Origin: an uncultured Campylobacterales bacterium
GTDB lineage: Bacteria; Campylobacterota; Campylobacteria; Campylobacterales; CAZAFM01
Assembly (NCBI GenBank): GCA_964484395.1
Contig: CAZAFM010000002.1
Span: 1 to 42,163 of the forward strand
Length of the DNA: 42,163 nucleotides
Direction: 5' to 3'
Under the pieces are notes generated by a model. The model had not been told where the DNA came from, searched no databases, and saw nothing but the letters and a program-made list of their open reading frames with translations. The position numbers and the translations under genes were made by a program. Every line of letters starts with the position of its first letter. Positions within the stretch are counted from its first letter, which is position 1. Positions 1 through 10,669 of the stretch are shown piece after piece.

Positions 1-22
1 AGAAGCGATTGTTATACAGGGC

Positions 23-793
23 GTGCAATCTTATGCAGAAGGTTTTAGGGGTCGTCATGAAGGAGAGGTAAATAATCCTAATGGTGTGATTAATATGAAA
101 ATACATAATGTATTTATAGCAGCACTAGGTGAAGATATTCAATATTATTCTGCCCTTGTTCGTTCTCTTGATAGCTCATTAGGAAATATGCTCGAAAAAA
201 TGGCTATTAATATTGCTCGATTATCTTTCGAGGTGAAAAATAGTGTTAAAGGACACTTGTACCCAGAACAAACTTCTAAAATAGCGGAATTTTTGGAAGC
301 ATACAAAAATAGTAATAATCCTCTCAAGCCATCCATAGAGCACTTTGAAGAAATAAGAAAAATTCAACCTGCACAGAATTCAAGCACAGAAACAAAAACG
401 CATGTTAGTGATTACTACTTGATTGATGAAAAAACAAATACACACCATCTAATTGAGCTAAAAATTGGCGGTGATTTAGACAATAAAAAAGCTAGATCAG
501 AAAAAGAAGCAATTTTTGAGCAATTTGCTATTTTGTCCAATTCTCTTGATAGTAGTGCTAGAATAAAAGCACATTTTGCAACTGCATATAATAGATTTGG
601 TGAAGATAATGAATGGAGACAGGGTAGGGTATTGCAATTTTTTTCAAAGGAAGAACTTCTAATTGGGAAAGACTTTTGGAATTTTGTATGTAAATCCGAT
701 AATGGATACAATTTAGTTTTGGAAGTTTATAGAAAAAACGCCCACTATATTACAGACGCACTAGAGGAAGTAAAAAAAATTTATATGAATTAG
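23..793 (+). CDS. putative type II restriction endonuclease (PD-(D/E)XK-like); 5' end uncertain or truncated by the window edge
   Basis: ORF 23..793 has a GTG start and stays open in frame back to nt 2. The true start may therefore lie upstream of the window, or at the in-frame ATG at 95. It contains a D...E-x-K signature (VSDYYLIDEKTNTHHLIELKIGGDLD). It lies 15 nt upstream of two co-oriented DNA methyltransferase genes and is very AT-rich. The family cannot be confirmed without a database search. Confidence 0.5.
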   Translation: MQSYAEGFRGRHEGEVNNPNGVINMKIHNVFIAALGEDIQYYSALVRSLDSSLGNMLEKMAINIARLSFEVKNSVKGHLYPEQTSKIAEFLEAYKNSNNPLKPSIEHFEEIRKIQPAQNSSTETKTHVSDYYLIDEKTNTHHLIELKIGGDLDNKKARSEKEAIFEQFAILSNSLDSSARIKAHFATAYNRFGEDNEWRQGRVLQFFSKEELLIGKDFWNFVCKSDNGYNLVLEVYRKNAHYITDALEEVKKIYMN

Positions 794-808
794 GTAAGAT
801 TAGTAGCA

Positions 809-1930
809 ATGCAGACATTAATAAAATGGCCAGGTGGCAAAACGCAAGAGTTTAGGTATATTAGTAATCTAATACCTAGTTTTGAAAGGTATATAGAGCC
901 TTTTTTCGGTGGTGGAGGCATATATTTTCAGCTCGAGCCAAATAAAGCAATGATTAATGACATATGCGAAGAACTCATACATTTTTATTCATTAATAAAA
1001 TGTGAAAAAAAAAGAGAGGAATTTAAAAAAGAGCTGTATGAATATGTTGACAACTGGGAGAAAATATCAACATATGTTGATATTTTTGAGAATGAACTAA
1101 TAAACCTATATAAAATTTTTAAAGACAATAAAATTACAAAGACACAACTAGGGCATGAGGTTAATTCGATTATAATAAGAAATGAAGATAAGTTCAATGG
1201 ATTATTTTCACATTTTTTTTGCTTAGATGAGAGCAATCTTCTTAACAATATAATTAAAAATTTAATTTCGAAAATTCAAAGAATGAAAAAAATAGAAGAA
1301 GAAAGGGATGAATTGCCAGATGTAGACATACATAAGAATATAGAGACGGCTTTTAGGAGTGGATTTTATATGCATTTTCGTGATGTCATGAATTACGAAG
1401 GTAATAGATATCAAATGACACTACCAAAAAAAATTGCTAATTACTATTTTGTAAGAGAGTTTTGCTATGGTTCAATGTTTAGGTTTAATTCAAGTGGTCA
1501 CTTTAACATTCCATATGGCGGAATTGCTTACAATAGTAAAGATTTTCGAAAAAAAGTAGATTATATTTTTAGCAACGAAGTCATAAAAATGCTAGGAAAT
1601 ACATCTATTTCTAATAAAGACTTTGAGACTTTTTTAAGGGAAAATCATTTTTCAAACAAAGATTTTATTTTTATTGACCCTCCATATGATAGTGATTTTA
1701 GTGATTATGAAAAAAAGAAATTTGGTAAAAATGACCAATTAAGACTTGCCGATTGCTTGTCAACTATAAAAGCTAACTTTATTTTGATTATAAAAAATAC
1801 AGATTTTATTTTTAATCTTTATAAAAATATGAAAAATATTAAAATTGATAGTTTTGAAAAAAGTTATTTGTACAATGTAAAAGGAAGAAATAATAGAGAT
1901 GTAGAGCATCTGATTATTTATAATTTTTAA
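809..1930 (+). CDS. Dam-like (D12, alpha-class) N6-adenine DNA methyltransferase with an enlarged central region
   Basis: N-terminal KWPGGK and SAM-binding EPFFGGGGIY motifs, with the catalytic DPPY (FIFIDPPYDSDF) near the C-terminus. This motif order is typical of alpha-class Dam-family enzymes. At 373 aa it is longer than Dam, which is about 280 aa. Confidence 0.85.
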   Translation: MQTLIKWPGGKTQEFRYISNLIPSFERYIEPFFGGGGIYFQLEPNKAMINDICEELIHFYSLIKCEKKREEFKKELYEYVDNWEKISTYVDIFENELINLYKIFKDNKITKTQLGHEVNSIIIRNEDKFNGLFSHFFCLDESNLLNNIIKNLISKIQRMKKIEEERDELPDVDIHKNIETAFRSGFYMHFRDVMNYEGNRYQMTLPKKIANYYFVREFCYGSMFRFNSSGHFNIPYGGIAYNSKDFRKKVDYIFSNEVIKMLGNTSISNKDFETFLRENHFSNKDFIFIDPPYDSDFSDYEKKKFGKNDQLRLADCLSTIKANFILIIKNTDFIFNLYKNMKNIKIDSFEKSYLYNVKGRNNRDVEHLIIYNF

Positions 1931-1931
1931 C

Positions 1932-2711
1932 ATGAGAGATATAATTAACACTGTTGTTCATGGAGATTGTGTAGAGGAGTTGAAAAAAATAGATAACAAC
2001 TCTATTGATTTAATTTTTGCTGATCCTCCTTATTATTTGCAGCTACCAAAGAAAAAAAGATTAAAAAGAGCTAATGGTACCGAAATAATTCCAGTAGATA
2101 GTGATTGGGATAAGTTTGATAGCTATGAAGATTATGATGGATTTACAAATCAATGGATTTCTGAGTGCCAAAGAGTGGTTAAGCCTAGTGGATCGATTTG
2201 GGTTATGGGTATGTACCATAATATTTTTAGAGTAGGTACAATAATGCAAAATTTAGGGTTGTGGTTTCTTAATGATATTATATGGGTAAAAACCGACGCT
2301 CTTCCAAATTTGAATGGAAGAAGATTTACTAATAGTCATGAAACATTGATTTGGGCTGTCAAAAATAAAGAGTGTACAAGTTATTTTTTCAACTATGAGT
2401 TAATGAAAAAAATGAATGGTGGAAAGCAAATGAAAGATACTGATTGGATTTTTGGATTATGTAGAGGAAAAGAGAGAATAAAAGATGAGAATGGAATTAA
2501 AATTCATCCAACTCAAAAGCCATTAAAGCTTATCCAGCAAGTTTTGTTAGCTTCAAGTAAAAAAGGTGATTTAGTCCTAGACCCCTTTTTTGGAACTGGC
2601 ACTACAGGGGTGGTTGCGAAAGCTCTAGAAAGGGATTGGATAGGAATAGAGAAGGAGAAAAAATATGTTGATATCGCAAATAAAAGAATTTCAGAATATA
2701 AAAGATATTAA
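1932..2711 (+). CDS. beta-class N6-adenine (N4/N6 family) DNA methyltransferase, CcrM/HinfI-like
   Basis: DPPY (LIFADPPYYL) is N-terminal and FxGxG (DPFFGTGTTGVVA) is C-terminal, which is the beta-class order. It also carries the HPTQKP motif and a NYELMKKMNGGKQMKD...ERIKDENGIKIHPTQKP stretch resembling CcrM/M.HinfI/DpnA-type enzymes. The start lies 1 nt after the stop of the upstream methyltransferase gene. Confidence 0.88.
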   Translation: MRDIINTVVHGDCVEELKKIDNNSIDLIFADPPYYLQLPKKKRLKRANGTEIIPVDSDWDKFDSYEDYDGFTNQWISECQRVVKPSGSIWVMGMYHNIFRVGTIMQNLGLWFLNDIIWVKTDALPNLNGRRFTNSHETLIWAVKNKECTSYFFNYELMKKMNGGKQMKDTDWIFGLCRGKERIKDENGIKIHPTQKPLKLIQQVLLASSKKGDLVLDPFFGTGTTGVVAKALERDWIGIEKEKKYVDIANKRISEYKRY

Positions 2712-2777
2712 AAAAGTTAACTTTCACAAATTAGCTTTTTGATAAACTTCCAAAAATCAACACAGTAGGTAAAAAAT

Positions 2778-3935
2778 ATGTCAAAAGAGTTTGTTTTTAC
2801 TTCAGAGTCCGTTACAGAAGGGCATCCAGATAAGATGGCAGATCAGATAAGTGATGCGATACTAGACTACATTATAGAGAGAGACCCACTTGCAAGAGTA
2901 GCGTGTGAGACTATGCTATCAAATGGTTTTTGCATCATAGCAGGGGAGATAAATACCGAGACTTATGCTCCTTTACAAAATATAGCAAGAGATGTGATAC
3001 GAGATATAGGCTATACAGATGCACTTTTTGGGTTTGACTATAGAAGTGCAGGCGTGCTAAATGGCGTAGGAGAGCAAAGTGCTGATATAAACCGCGGAGT
3101 TGATAGGGCTGATGGAGAGGTAGGGGCAGGTGATCAAGGATTGATGTTTGGATATGCTTGCTCTGAGACTGATGTGCTTATGCCACTTCCTATATATCTA
3201 GCACATAAGCTTACAGAGGAGCTTGCATCTGCAAGAAAGAGTGGAAATCTCCCATTTTTGCGCCCAGATGGGAAGGCTCAAGTAAGTATAAAATATAAAG
3301 ATGGTATACCAGTTAGTGTAGAGTCCATAGTGGTATCTACTCAGCACGCACCTGAGGTGTCATACGAAAAGCTAAAGGATGCAGTTATAGAGGAGATAAT
3401 CTACAAGATAGTTCCAAATGATTTGATATCCAATAACATAACTTATCACATAAATCCAACAGGTAGATTTGTTATTGGTGGACCTCAAGGGGATTGTGGG
3501 CTTACTGGTAGAAAAGTGATAGTTGATACTTATGGAGGCTCATGCCCACATGGCGGAGGTGCTTTTAGTGGAAAAGACCCTAGTAAAGTCGATAGAAGTG
3601 CAGCTTATATGGCAAGATATATAGCCAAAAACCTAGTAGCCTCAGGAGTGCTCTCAAGAGCTACTGTGCAACTAGCATATGCAATTGGTGTAGTAGAGCC
3701 TATATCTGTGATGCTAGACTCACATGGAACCTCAAAAATCGCAGAAGAAAAAATAGAAAAGTGCATAAGAGATGTTTTTAAACTAACACCAAGAGGAATT
3801 ATAGAATCCCTAGAGCTTATTAGACCAATATATAGAAAGACCGCTAGTTATGGGCATTTTGGCAGGGAACTTCCAGAGTTTAGTTGGGAGAAGCTTGATA
3901 AAGTAGATGAAATTAAAGAGTATTTAGGGGTTTAG
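2778..3935 (+). CDS. metK: S-adenosylmethionine synthetase
   Basis: 385 aa with the hallmark motifs [19 protein letters not shown] and [19 protein letters not shown]. Confidence 0.97.
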   Translation: MSKEFVFTSESVTEGHPDKMADQISDAILDYIIERDPLARVACETMLSNGFCIIAGEINTETYAPLQNIARDVIRDIGYTDALFGFDYRSAGVLNGVGEQSADINRGVDRADGEVGAGDQGLMFGYACSETDVLMPLPIYLAHKLTEELASARKSGNLPFLRPDGKAQVSIKYKDGIPVSVESIVVSTQHAPEVSYEKLKDAVIEEIIYKIVPNDLISNNITYHINPTGRFVIGGPQGDCGLTGRKVIVDTYGGSCPHGGGAFSGKDPSKVDRSAAYMARYIAKNLVASGVLSRATVQLAYAIGVVEPISVMLDSHGTSKIAEEKIEKCIRDVFKLTPRGIIESLELIRPIYRKTASYGHFGRELPEFSWEKLDKVDEIKEYLGV

Positions 3936-3998
3936 ATTAATCCTCATTTTATTATTTATTTGGAATAATACCCCGTACTCAAAAAACAAGGAGAGTTT

Positions 3999-4277
3999 AT
4001 GGCTGTTTATATTAATGATACTTGCATAGCTTGTGGAGCGTGTATTGATGAGTGCCCTGTAGAGGCTATTGTAGATGATGATGATAATCCAAATGCGGAT
4101 GGGACATACTATGTATATCCAGATAAGTGTGTAGAGTGTGTAGGCTACCATGATGAGCCAGCATGTGCGGCTTCGTGCCCAACTGATGGCTGTATCGTAT
4201 GGGATGCTTGTGTAGAGGGTATGGCTTGTAGAGAAGATGTAACTACAAGAGACAGATCTGAGCCTTGTGTAAACTAA
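3999..4277 (+). CDS. 2x[4Fe-4S] ferredoxin
   Basis: 92 aa with the CIACGACIDECP and CVECVG...C...CP cysteine patterns of a dicluster ferredoxin. Confidence 0.9.
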   Translation: MAVYINDTCIACGACIDECPVEAIVDDDDNPNADGTYYVYPDKCVECVGYHDEPACAASCPTDGCIVWDACVEGMACREDVTTRDRSEPCVN

Positions 4278-4283
4278 CCCCTT

Positions 4284-4320
4284 AAGCTGAAGCTTTTTGC
4301 TTCAGCTTTCTACATTTTTT
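4284..4320 (+). terminator. candidate intrinsic terminator after the ferredoxin gene
   Basis: Perfect 10-bp stem (aagctgaagc / gcttcagctt, 4284..4293 and 4299..4308) with a 5-nt loop, followed by T-rich sequence (tttctacatttttt). It begins 7 nt after the stop codon. Confidence 0.5.
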
Positions 4321-4403
4321 AAACCTTTTTTAACATTCATTTAGATACAATTGCGAACTTTTTTAACCCACAAACACAATTTAATACATTTTAGGGAGAT
4401 TTT

Positions 4404-4817
4404 ATGGAGAGAACACTATCTATTATCAAGCCTGATGCAGTCAAAAAAGGCGTTATAGGCAAAATTCTTGATAGATTTGAGAGTAATGGACTAAAGATAG
4501 CTGCAACTAAGAAAGTTTGGCTAAGCAGAGCAGAAGCAAAAGAGTTTTATGCAGTACATAAAGAGAGACCTTTTTTTGGTGAGCTAGTTGACTTTATGGT
4601 TAGTGGTCCTGTTGTTGTATCAGTTCTTGAAGGTGAAAATGCTGTTACTAAAAACAGAGACCTAATGGGAGCTACAAACCCAAAAGAGGCAGCTTCTGGT
4701 ACTATTAGGGCTGATTTTGCAGAGAGTATAGATGCAAATGCAGTTCATGGAAGTGATAGCTTAGAGAATGCACAAAAAGAGATTTCTTTCTTTTTTGCTG
4801 GATGTGAGATATACTAA
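4404..4817 (+). CDS. ndk: nucleoside diphosphate kinase
   Basis: 137 aa with the [13 protein letters not shown]-terminus and the NAVHGSDS active-site His motif. Confidence 0.97.
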   Translation: MERTLSIIKPDAVKKGVIGKILDRFESNGLKIAATKKVWLSRAEAKEFYAVHKERPFFGELVDFMVSGPVVVSVLEGENAVTKNRDLMGATNPKEAASGTIRADFAESIDANAVHGSDSLENAQKEISFFFAGCEIY

Positions 4818-4820
4818 AAC

Positions 4821-5186
4821 TTGAAAGTAGAGTTTAAAAAGATAGCTAAAACTCCCAAAGAGTTTGAAGCTAACTACCTAGATGAAGGTTCAAGCCTCAT
4901 CTTTAAAGGTAGTTTTTTAAAAAAGAGCTCAGGACTTGTAAAGATAGAGGGTAGTTTGAGCGGTACTCTTAGCAAGGCTTGTGATATTTGTGCTGAGGAT
5001 GTAGGACTTGAGCTATATGAAGAGATAAAGCTCTATGCTAGCCAAGAACTCTACAGTGGAGATGATTCTATAGATGTTATAGAGTTTGAGGACTCAGAGC
5101 TTGACTTTGATGTTTTGCTTCAAAGTGAGATTGAGTCTATTAGAAGTGATTATTTTAGATGTAAAAATTGCATAAAAGGAGAATAA
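4821..5186 (+). CDS. YceD/DUF177 family protein (large ribosomal subunit accumulation protein)
   Basis: 121 aa and acidic, with paired C-x2-C motifs (CDIC...CKNC). It lies immediately upstream of rpmF, which is the conserved yceD-rpmF-plsX-fabH arrangement. Predicted TTG start. Confidence 0.7.
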   Translation: MKVEFKKIAKTPKEFEANYLDEGSSLIFKGSFLKKSSGLVKIEGSLSGTLSKACDICAEDVGLELYEEIKLYASQELYSGDDSIDVIEFEDSELDFDVLLQSEIESIRSDYFRCKNCIKGE

Positions 5187-5187
5187 A

Positions 5188-5337
5188 ATGGCAGTACCAA
5201 AAAGACGCGTTAGTAAAACAAGAGGCGCAAAAAGAAGAACTCACTACAAGTTAACACTTGCAAAACCTATAAAAGATAGTGATGGAACATGGAGAATGCC
5301 TCATAGAGTAAACAAATTTACTGGTGAGTATAAATAG
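5188..5337 (+). CDS. rpmF: 50S ribosomal protein L32
   Basis: Hand-translated; the ORF is below the size cutoff of the ORF track. Product: [49 protein letters not shown] (49 aa). It has the canonical L32 N-terminus MAVPKRR.SK.R...RR.H and sits between yceD-like and plsX. Confidence 0.92.
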   Translation: MAVPKRRVSKTRGAKRRTHYKLTLAKPIKDSDGTWRMPHRVNKFTGEYK

Positions 5338-5344
5338 TTAAATA

Positions 5345-6325
5345 ATGACAAAAGTTGCACTTGATTGTCTTGGCGGAGATCATGGGTCAACTCCGCTTAT
5401 AGAAGGCGCTATTGCTGCTTTAAAAGAGAAAAGCAATGTAGAGCTTTTTTTAGTTGGAGATGAGGAGGAGTTAAAAATCTCTATCCCTCAAAAACTAAGA
5501 GATAGATGCCAGATTATACATACTGATGAATTTATAAATATGGATGCTCCCTCCACTGAGGCTTTGCGAAGAAAAGATAGCTCTATATATATCTGCATGG
5601 AGCTTTTAAGAGAGAAGAGAGTAGATGCAGTAGTCTCTGCTGGACATAGTGGTGCAACCATGAGCTTAGCAACACTTAGAGTTGGAAGGATTGAGGGAAT
5701 TACTCGTCCTGCTATAGCTACTTTTCTACCTCAGATTGATGGAAGTCGTGCTCTTTTGCTTGATGCTGGTGCAAATATGGACTGCAAGGCTGAACATCTG
5801 GTGCAGTTCGCAATACTTGGGAGAGAATATGCAAAAGACATCATCAAAAAAGAGAACCCAAGAGTAGGGCTATTATCAATTGGATCTGAAAAAAGCAAAG
5901 GTGATGAGCTTACCAAAGATACTTATGAGATGCTTGAGGGTAGTGAGGGTTTTATAGGAAATGTTGAGGGAAATGACCTCTTTGGAGCTAAAGTTGATGT
6001 TATTGTTTGTGATGGATTTGTAGGTAATGTAGTGCTCAAAACTGGTGAAGGAACTGGTGAAGCTATAGGAGCTATTATAAAACAAAAAACCAAGAAATCC
6101 CCCTTTGCTATCATAGGTGCTATGCTTATGAAAAAAATCTTCAAAGAGCTAAAAAAAGATATAGACTACGCAGAGTATGGTGGAGCACCTCTGCTTGGGG
6201 TAAATGGTTGTGTTATCATAGGACATGGAAAAAGCAACTCAAAAGCTATCAAAAACGCAATCTTTCAAGCCTGCACAGTTGTAAACTCTGGATATGTTGC
6301 TCATGCCAAAAGTAAGGTGCAGTAG
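5345..6325 (+). CDS. plsX: phosphate acyltransferase PlsX
   Basis: 326 aa with the VALDCLGGDHG N-terminus and SAGHSGA motif. Conserved position upstream of fabH. Confidence 0.95.
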   Translation: MTKVALDCLGGDHGSTPLIEGAIAALKEKSNVELFLVGDEEELKISIPQKLRDRCQIIHTDEFINMDAPSTEALRRKDSSIYICMELLREKRVDAVVSAGHSGATMSLATLRVGRIEGITRPAIATFLPQIDGSRALLLDAGANMDCKAEHLVQFAILGREYAKDIIKKENPRVGLLSIGSEKSKGDELTKDTYEMLEGSEGFIGNVEGNDLFGAKVDVIVCDGFVGNVVLKTGEGTGEAIGAIIKQKTKKSPFAIIGAMLMKKIFKELKKDIDYAEYGGAPLLGVNGCVIIGHGKSNSKAIKNAIFQACTVVNSGYVAHAKSKVQ

Positions 6326-7327
6326 TTGCCAGAAGTTTACGCTTCTCTTAAATCTATAGGTGCTTTTGTTCCTCCATATACTCTAAAAAATAGTGAGCTT
6401 GAAAAGATGGTTGACACCACTGATGAGTGGATTACTAAAAGAACAGGAATAAAAACTCGCCATATAGCAAAAAATCAAGATTGTAGTGATATGGCTGTAG
6501 AGGCTGCAAAAAAAGCAATAGATAGAGCAACAACAGACAAAAAAGAGATAGACCTCATTATATGTGCTACCATCTCTCCGGATTATCTCTGTATGCCTTC
6601 AACAGCATCTGTTATAGGTGATAAGCTTGGACTTAATGGAGTTCCCGCTTTTGATATAAGTGCTGCTTGTAGTGGGTTTATATATCTACTCTCCATTGCA
6701 AAAGCGTTCATAGAGTCAAAAACATACAAAAATATCCTAATAATAGGTGCTGAGAAGCTCAGTGCCATAGTTGACTACGAAGATAGAGCAACTTGTGTAC
6801 TTTTTGGTGATGGGGCTGGGGCTGCTATTATTGGAGTAACTGAGGATAAAAACAAGTCTATTTTAGATGTAAACATTGCAAGTGATGGCAAGTATTGGGA
6901 TTTTTTAGTTACGCCTGGATGCGGAAGTAAAAACCCTGCAAGCACAAAGGTGCTTGAAAAAAAAGAGAACTTTATGAAAATGAAGGGAAATGAGACATTT
7001 AAGCTTGCAGTTAAGACTCTCTCAAATGATGTTAATGAGATACTTGCAAAAAACTCTATATCTTCAAGTGAGGTAGATTACTTCATACCCCATCAAGCAA
7101 ACTTAAGAATAATAAAAGCTGTTGGTGATCTTCTTGATTTTGATGAGAAACAAATAGTTACGACAGTACAAAAGTACGGAAACACCTCATCAGCCTCAAT
7201 ACCTATGGCAATAGAAGATACTTATAATCAAGGAAAGCTCAAGGGAGGAGAACTCCTACTACTAGATGCTTTTGGTGGAGGGCTTACTTGGGGTAGCTCT
7301 CTTCTATACTTCAACCCTAACGGTTAA
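6326..7327 (+). CDS. fabH: 3-oxoacyl-ACP synthase III
   Basis: 333 aa with the active-site context [12 protein letters not shown] and the HQAN motif ([11 protein letters not shown]), plus [13 protein letters not shown] start is required because the conserved N-terminus precedes the first in-frame ATG. Confidence 0.95.
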   Translation: MPEVYASLKSIGAFVPPYTLKNSELEKMVDTTDEWITKRTGIKTRHIAKNQDCSDMAVEAAKKAIDRATTDKKEIDLIICATISPDYLCMPSTASVIGDKLGLNGVPAFDISAACSGFIYLLSIAKAFIESKTYKNILIIGAEKLSAIVDYEDRATCVLFGDGAGAAIIGVTEDKNKSILDVNIASDGKYWDFLVTPGCGSKNPASTKVLEKKENFMKMKGNETFKLAVKTLSNDVNEILAKNSISSSEVDYFIPHQANLRIIKAVGDLLDFDEKQIVTTVQKYGNTSSASIPMAIEDTYNQGKLKGGELLLLDAFGGGLTWGSSLLYFNPNG

Positions 7328-8282
7328 AAAGCACCCCAATACCCACTCTATCTATAGCTCTATCATAGTCCACCAAACTCTCACCATAGCCACTAAAATA
7401 TCGTAAATAGAGATAGAATGTACTAAGAGGATAGGAGTAATCAAGAGTTAAGTTTCCCCTGTTTTGTTCAAAGTTTAGGTTGTTTTGGAGAGCTATTCCA
7501 AACTCATGTTTATAATAAGGGATAGTAACCTCAAATCTTCCACTTCCTAAATAATCTGTAATATTTGGATTATCATCACCCTTTGGGTCGCCTGGATAGG
7601 ACTTTTTCTTCTCAGGTATTCTATACCATCCTGTTAGCTTAAAGTCTATCTCTCTAAAGCCAAAGTTAACTTCTGCCAAAAGTCTATCCCAGCTTCTGCT
7701 ATTCTTCACATTTCCACCATTTGATTGATGGATATATCCTGCTTTGTATGATTTAAAATCTAACCCAAAAAACTCTCTGTCTATTGGAGATTCATAATAT
7801 ATCTCAGGTGCATAATTACTCTCTCTAAAGGGTCTTGAGTCATCACTATCATATACTTGCCAATATGAGTTCTGTGTATAGGCTAGGTATATATCTCCTT
7901 GGCTTCCAAGTACATCTGGTAAGATGTTTTTTTTGAAACTAATCTGAAACTGCGCTTCACTCTGTAGCCTATTTGGTATGTTTTGTGTAGAGTAGGTTAC
8001 TGGAAGTATGTAGTTTTTCTTATAAGTTTCTAACCAAAAAAGCCTTGTAAGTAGGTCATCATGGTTATCTTCAGCACTTTTTGTGATATGGAGTAGCTCT
8101 TTTTTCTGTTTTTCTAGTAGGAGCTCTATATCTTTTTGGTTTTTTACATTTAGTGTCTGGCTTCTTAGGTCTATGACACTGTCTTTTAAGCTAACATTAT
8201 CATCTACTATAAGTGTTATAGTCACCTCTTTAGCGTAGAGACTTATGGTGAGTATGGATAAGAGTAGAAGAGGGAGTCTCAT
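7317..8282 (-). CDS. pldA: outer-membrane phospholipase A (OMPLA)
   Basis: 321 aa with a signal peptide ([17 protein letters not shown]), the OMPLA catalytic region YIHQSNGG...SRSWDR and a YWQVYD motif. Confidence 0.9.
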   Translation of the reverse strand: MRLPLLLLSILTISLYAKEVTITLIVDDNVSLKDSVIDLRSQTLNVKNQKDIELLLEKQKKELLHITKSAEDNHDDLLTRLFWLETYKKNYILPVTYSTQNIPNRLQSEAQFQISFKKNILPDVLGSQGDIYLAYTQNSYWQVYDSDDSRPFRESNYAPEIYYESPIDREFFGLDFKSYKAGYIHQSNGGNVKNSRSWDRLLAEVNFGFREIDFKLTGWYRIPEKKKSYPGDPKGDDNPNITDYLGSGRFEVTIPYYKHEFGIALQNNLNFEQNRGNLTLDYSYPLSTFYLYLRYFSGYGESLVDYDRAIDRVGIGVLFNR

Positions 8283-9163
8283 CGGTTAAGCAGGTCTTTT
8301 AGACTCTTTTGTGGATTTTTACCTTCTATGATTTCAAAGACCTCATTAGCTATAGGGGTATAGAGTGAGTGTTTTTTAGCTAGCTCTACAACTGCCTTAG
8401 TGGTATAAACCCCTTCAGCCACCTCCCCTAGGCTTTTTAGTATGTCATCTAAAGATGTGCTTTTAGCTAGCATAAGCCCAACTCTAAAGTTTCTTGATAG
8501 GTCTGAGTTAGCCGTCAAAAAGAGGTCTCCTGAGCCACTAAGTCCTAAAAAAGTCTCAGCCCTTCCACCAAAAAACTCTCCAAACCTAGCTATCTCAACT
8601 AGCCCCCTAGAAGTAAGTGCAGCTCTTGCATTTAGCCCAAGCCTAAGCCCCTCACATATTCCAGATGCAATTGCTATGATGTTTTTGTAAGCACCTGCTA
8701 TCTCACCACCAGTTATATCATCACTAAAGTAGGGTTTGATAAAAGGTGGGAATGATTTTGCAAAATCTTCTGACTTCTGTCTGTTTTTGGAAAAAATAGT
8801 TAGAGCTGTTGGTAGTCCTCTTTCAACCTCTTTTGCAAAAGAGGGTCCACTTAAAAAAGCAAGCCTCTCTTCATCAATTACTCTTCTTGCTATTACATCT
8901 AAAAACTCAAGAGTAGTAGAGTCTATTCCTTTGGAGGCTATGACAAAAAACACATCTCTATTTTTGCAGTTTTCTAACCACTCTCTTAACACTTGTGCAG
9001 ATATAGCAACTATGACTACCTCTGCATTAAAAGCCTCTTTAAGCTCTACTTGATTAAACCCATCTAGCTCTCTTCTACTTGTGATGGTTGTTTGGTTTGT
9101 GATAGAAAAAGCCTTGTATAAAGCTCTCCCCCAAGCCCCACCTCCAATAATAGCTATCTTCAC
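8279..9163 (-). CDS. gpsA: NAD(P)H-dependent glycerol-3-phosphate dehydrogenase
   Basis: 294 aa with an N-terminal Rossmann motif ([11 protein letters not shown]) and GpsA-like core motifs (SKGI, NRNFRVG-like SRNFRVG). Confidence 0.95.
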   Translation of the reverse strand: MKIAIIGGGAWGRALYKAFSITNQTTITSRRELDGFNQVELKEAFNAEVVIVAISAQVLREWLENCKNRDVFFVIASKGIDSTTLEFLDVIARRVIDEERLAFLSGPSFAKEVERGLPTALTIFSKNRQKSEDFAKSFPPFIKPYFSDDITGGEIAGAYKNIIAIASGICEGLRLGLNARAALTSRGLVEIARFGEFFGGRAETFLGLSGSGDLFLTANSDLSRNFRVGLMLAKSTSLDDILKSLGEVAEGVYTTKAVVELAKKHSLYTPIANEVFEIIEGKNPQKSLKDLLNR

Positions 9164-10581
9164 TCTGCTAGCTTATCTTTTAGTAAGGCATTTACTGCTT
9201 GCGGATTTGCACCTTTTAGGTTTTTCATGACTTGTCCTACAAAAAATCCTATAAGCTTATCTTTTCCTGCTCTATACTGCTCTACTTGAGCTGGGTTTGC
9301 AGCTACTACTTCATCTATTATTTTAAGAATTGCAGAGTCATCATTTACCTGCTTTAGTCCTAGTTTCTCTATTGCTTCATCTACCTCTATATCCTCACTA
9401 AAGAGGTGATCTAGTATCTCTTTTGCACCTTTTCCGCTGATGGTTTTATCATCTATTCTTGCAACTATGGTTGAAAGTTTTTTAGGGGTGATAGGACACT
9501 CAGTAAGGCTCATTCCATTTTTAAGCCTACCAAAAAGCTCCACACATAGCCAGTTAGCTGCATTTTGAGGTTTGATTTTCTCTTCTAGCATCTCTTCAAA
9601 AAAGAGTGCGCTTTCTACTTCATTAGTAATCGTAATAGCATCATCCTCTTTTATGCCAAGTGCTACGAATCTCTCTCTTTTACTATCTGGAAGTTCTGGG
9701 ATGTTTTGGGCTTCTTCTAGTAGTTTAGTAGGTATCTCTACAGGAAGAAGGTCTGGGTCTGGGAAGTAGCGATAGTCACTACTCTCTTCTTTGCTTCTCA
9801 TAGACTTGGTAATCCCCCTATCCGTATCAAAAAGCCTAGTCTCTTGAACAACCTCTTGTTCATACACTCCTCTCTCCCAAGCCTCTATCTGTCTTTCTAC
9901 CTCGTAGTTTATGGCTTTTTGGATAAATCTAAAACTATTTAGGTTCTTAATCTCAACTCTAGTGTATAGCTTCTCATCACCTTTTGGACGGATAGATATA
10001 TTTGCATCACATCTAAAAGAGCCTTCTTGCATATTTGCATCTGAAATATCTAGATATCTAACTATCGCATGAAGTTTCTTTAGATATGCAGTTGCCTCTT
10101 CAGGGCTTCTTAAATCTGGCTCACTTACTATCTCTAAGAGTGGAGTTCCGGCTCTATTTAGGTCTACATGACTTACATCTTCATGGTGGATGTTTTTACC
10201 AGCATCTTCTTCTAGGTGCGCTCTTGTGATACCTACTCTTTTATGCTCTCCACTCCCTAGGTCAATGATTAAGTGACCATCACTAACTATAGGTATCTCA
10301 AACTGTGATATTTGATATGCCTTTGGAAGGTCTGGGTAGAAGTAGTTTTTTCTTGCAAAGATTGAGTTTTGATTGACTTTAGCATCAACTGCATATCCAA
10401 ATGAGGCTGCTTTTTTAACCACCTCTTTGTTTAGCACAGGCAGAGCACCAGGAAGTGCTAGGCAGGTTGGGCATACATTTTTGTTTGGCTCTTCTCCAAA
10501 GCTTGTTGCACATGAACAAAAAATCTTTGTTTTTGTATTTAACTGGGCGTGAACCTCTAGCCCTATAACTGTTTCAAACAT
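9160..10581 (-). CDS. gatB: Asp-tRNA(Asn)/Glu-tRNA(Gln) amidotransferase subunit B
   Basis: 473 aa with the GatB N-terminus [22 protein letters not shown] and a C-terminal GatB/YqeY-like tail. Confidence 0.97.
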   Translation of the reverse strand: MFETVIGLEVHAQLNTKTKIFCSCATSFGEEPNKNVCPTCLALPGALPVLNKEVVKKAASFGYAVDAKVNQNSIFARKNYFYPDLPKAYQISQFEIPIVSDGHLIIDLGSGEHKRVGITRAHLEEDAGKNIHHEDVSHVDLNRAGTPLLEIVSEPDLRSPEEATAYLKKLHAIVRYLDISDANMQEGSFRCDANISIRPKGDEKLYTRVEIKNLNSFRFIQKAINYEVERQIEAWERGVYEQEVVQETRLFDTDRGITKSMRSKEESSDYRYFPDPDLLPVEIPTKLLEEAQNIPELPDSKRERFVALGIKEDDAITITNEVESALFFEEMLEEKIKPQNAANWLCVELFGRLKNGMSLTECPITPKKLSTIVARIDDKTISGKGAKEILDHLFSEDIEVDEAIEKLGLKQVNDDSAILKIIDEVVAANPAQVEQYRAGKDKLIGFFVGQVMKNLKGANPQAVNALLKDKLAE

Positions 10582-10669
10582 TGTTTATTCCTCTCTATTA
10601 AGCCGTTATTTTTGTTTTTATTTTAGCTAAATTTTAAGAAAAGTTTCCTAAACCCAAAACTCGCAGAGA

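Noticed and set aside
1005-1013. An A9 homopolymer inside the Dam-like methyltransferase gene, as a possible phase-variation tract.
   Set aside because: Poly-A/T runs of 8-9 nt are common throughout this AT-rich window (for example 17700..17712 and 41564..41571). The gene is in frame, and there is no evidence of length variation from a single sequence. I kept it only as a note.
2712-2777. A possible SAM riboswitch upstream of metK.
   Set aside because: The spacer is only 66 nt long, AT-rich and lacks the conserved helices of the SAM-I/II/V classes. It is too short to hold a riboswitch plus an expression platform.
809-3935. A functional link between the two SAM-dependent methyltransferases and the adjacent metK (SAM synthetase).
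   Set aside because: metK has normal housekeeping composition and its own upstream spacer. The RM cassette is compositionally distinct. The adjacency is most simply explained as an insertion-site coincidence.
3924-4151. A 75-aa minus-strand ORF overlapping the end of metK and the ferredoxin gene.
   Set aside because: It overlaps a ferredoxin CDS with clear Cys motifs on the plus strand. It is an Ile-rich, low-complexity shadow ORF.
4284-4308. The hairpin after the ferredoxin gene as a regulatory element for ndk.
   Set aside because: Its position directly after a stop codon and its trailing T-rich sequence fit a simple terminator. There is no alternative pairing partner and no conserved motif.
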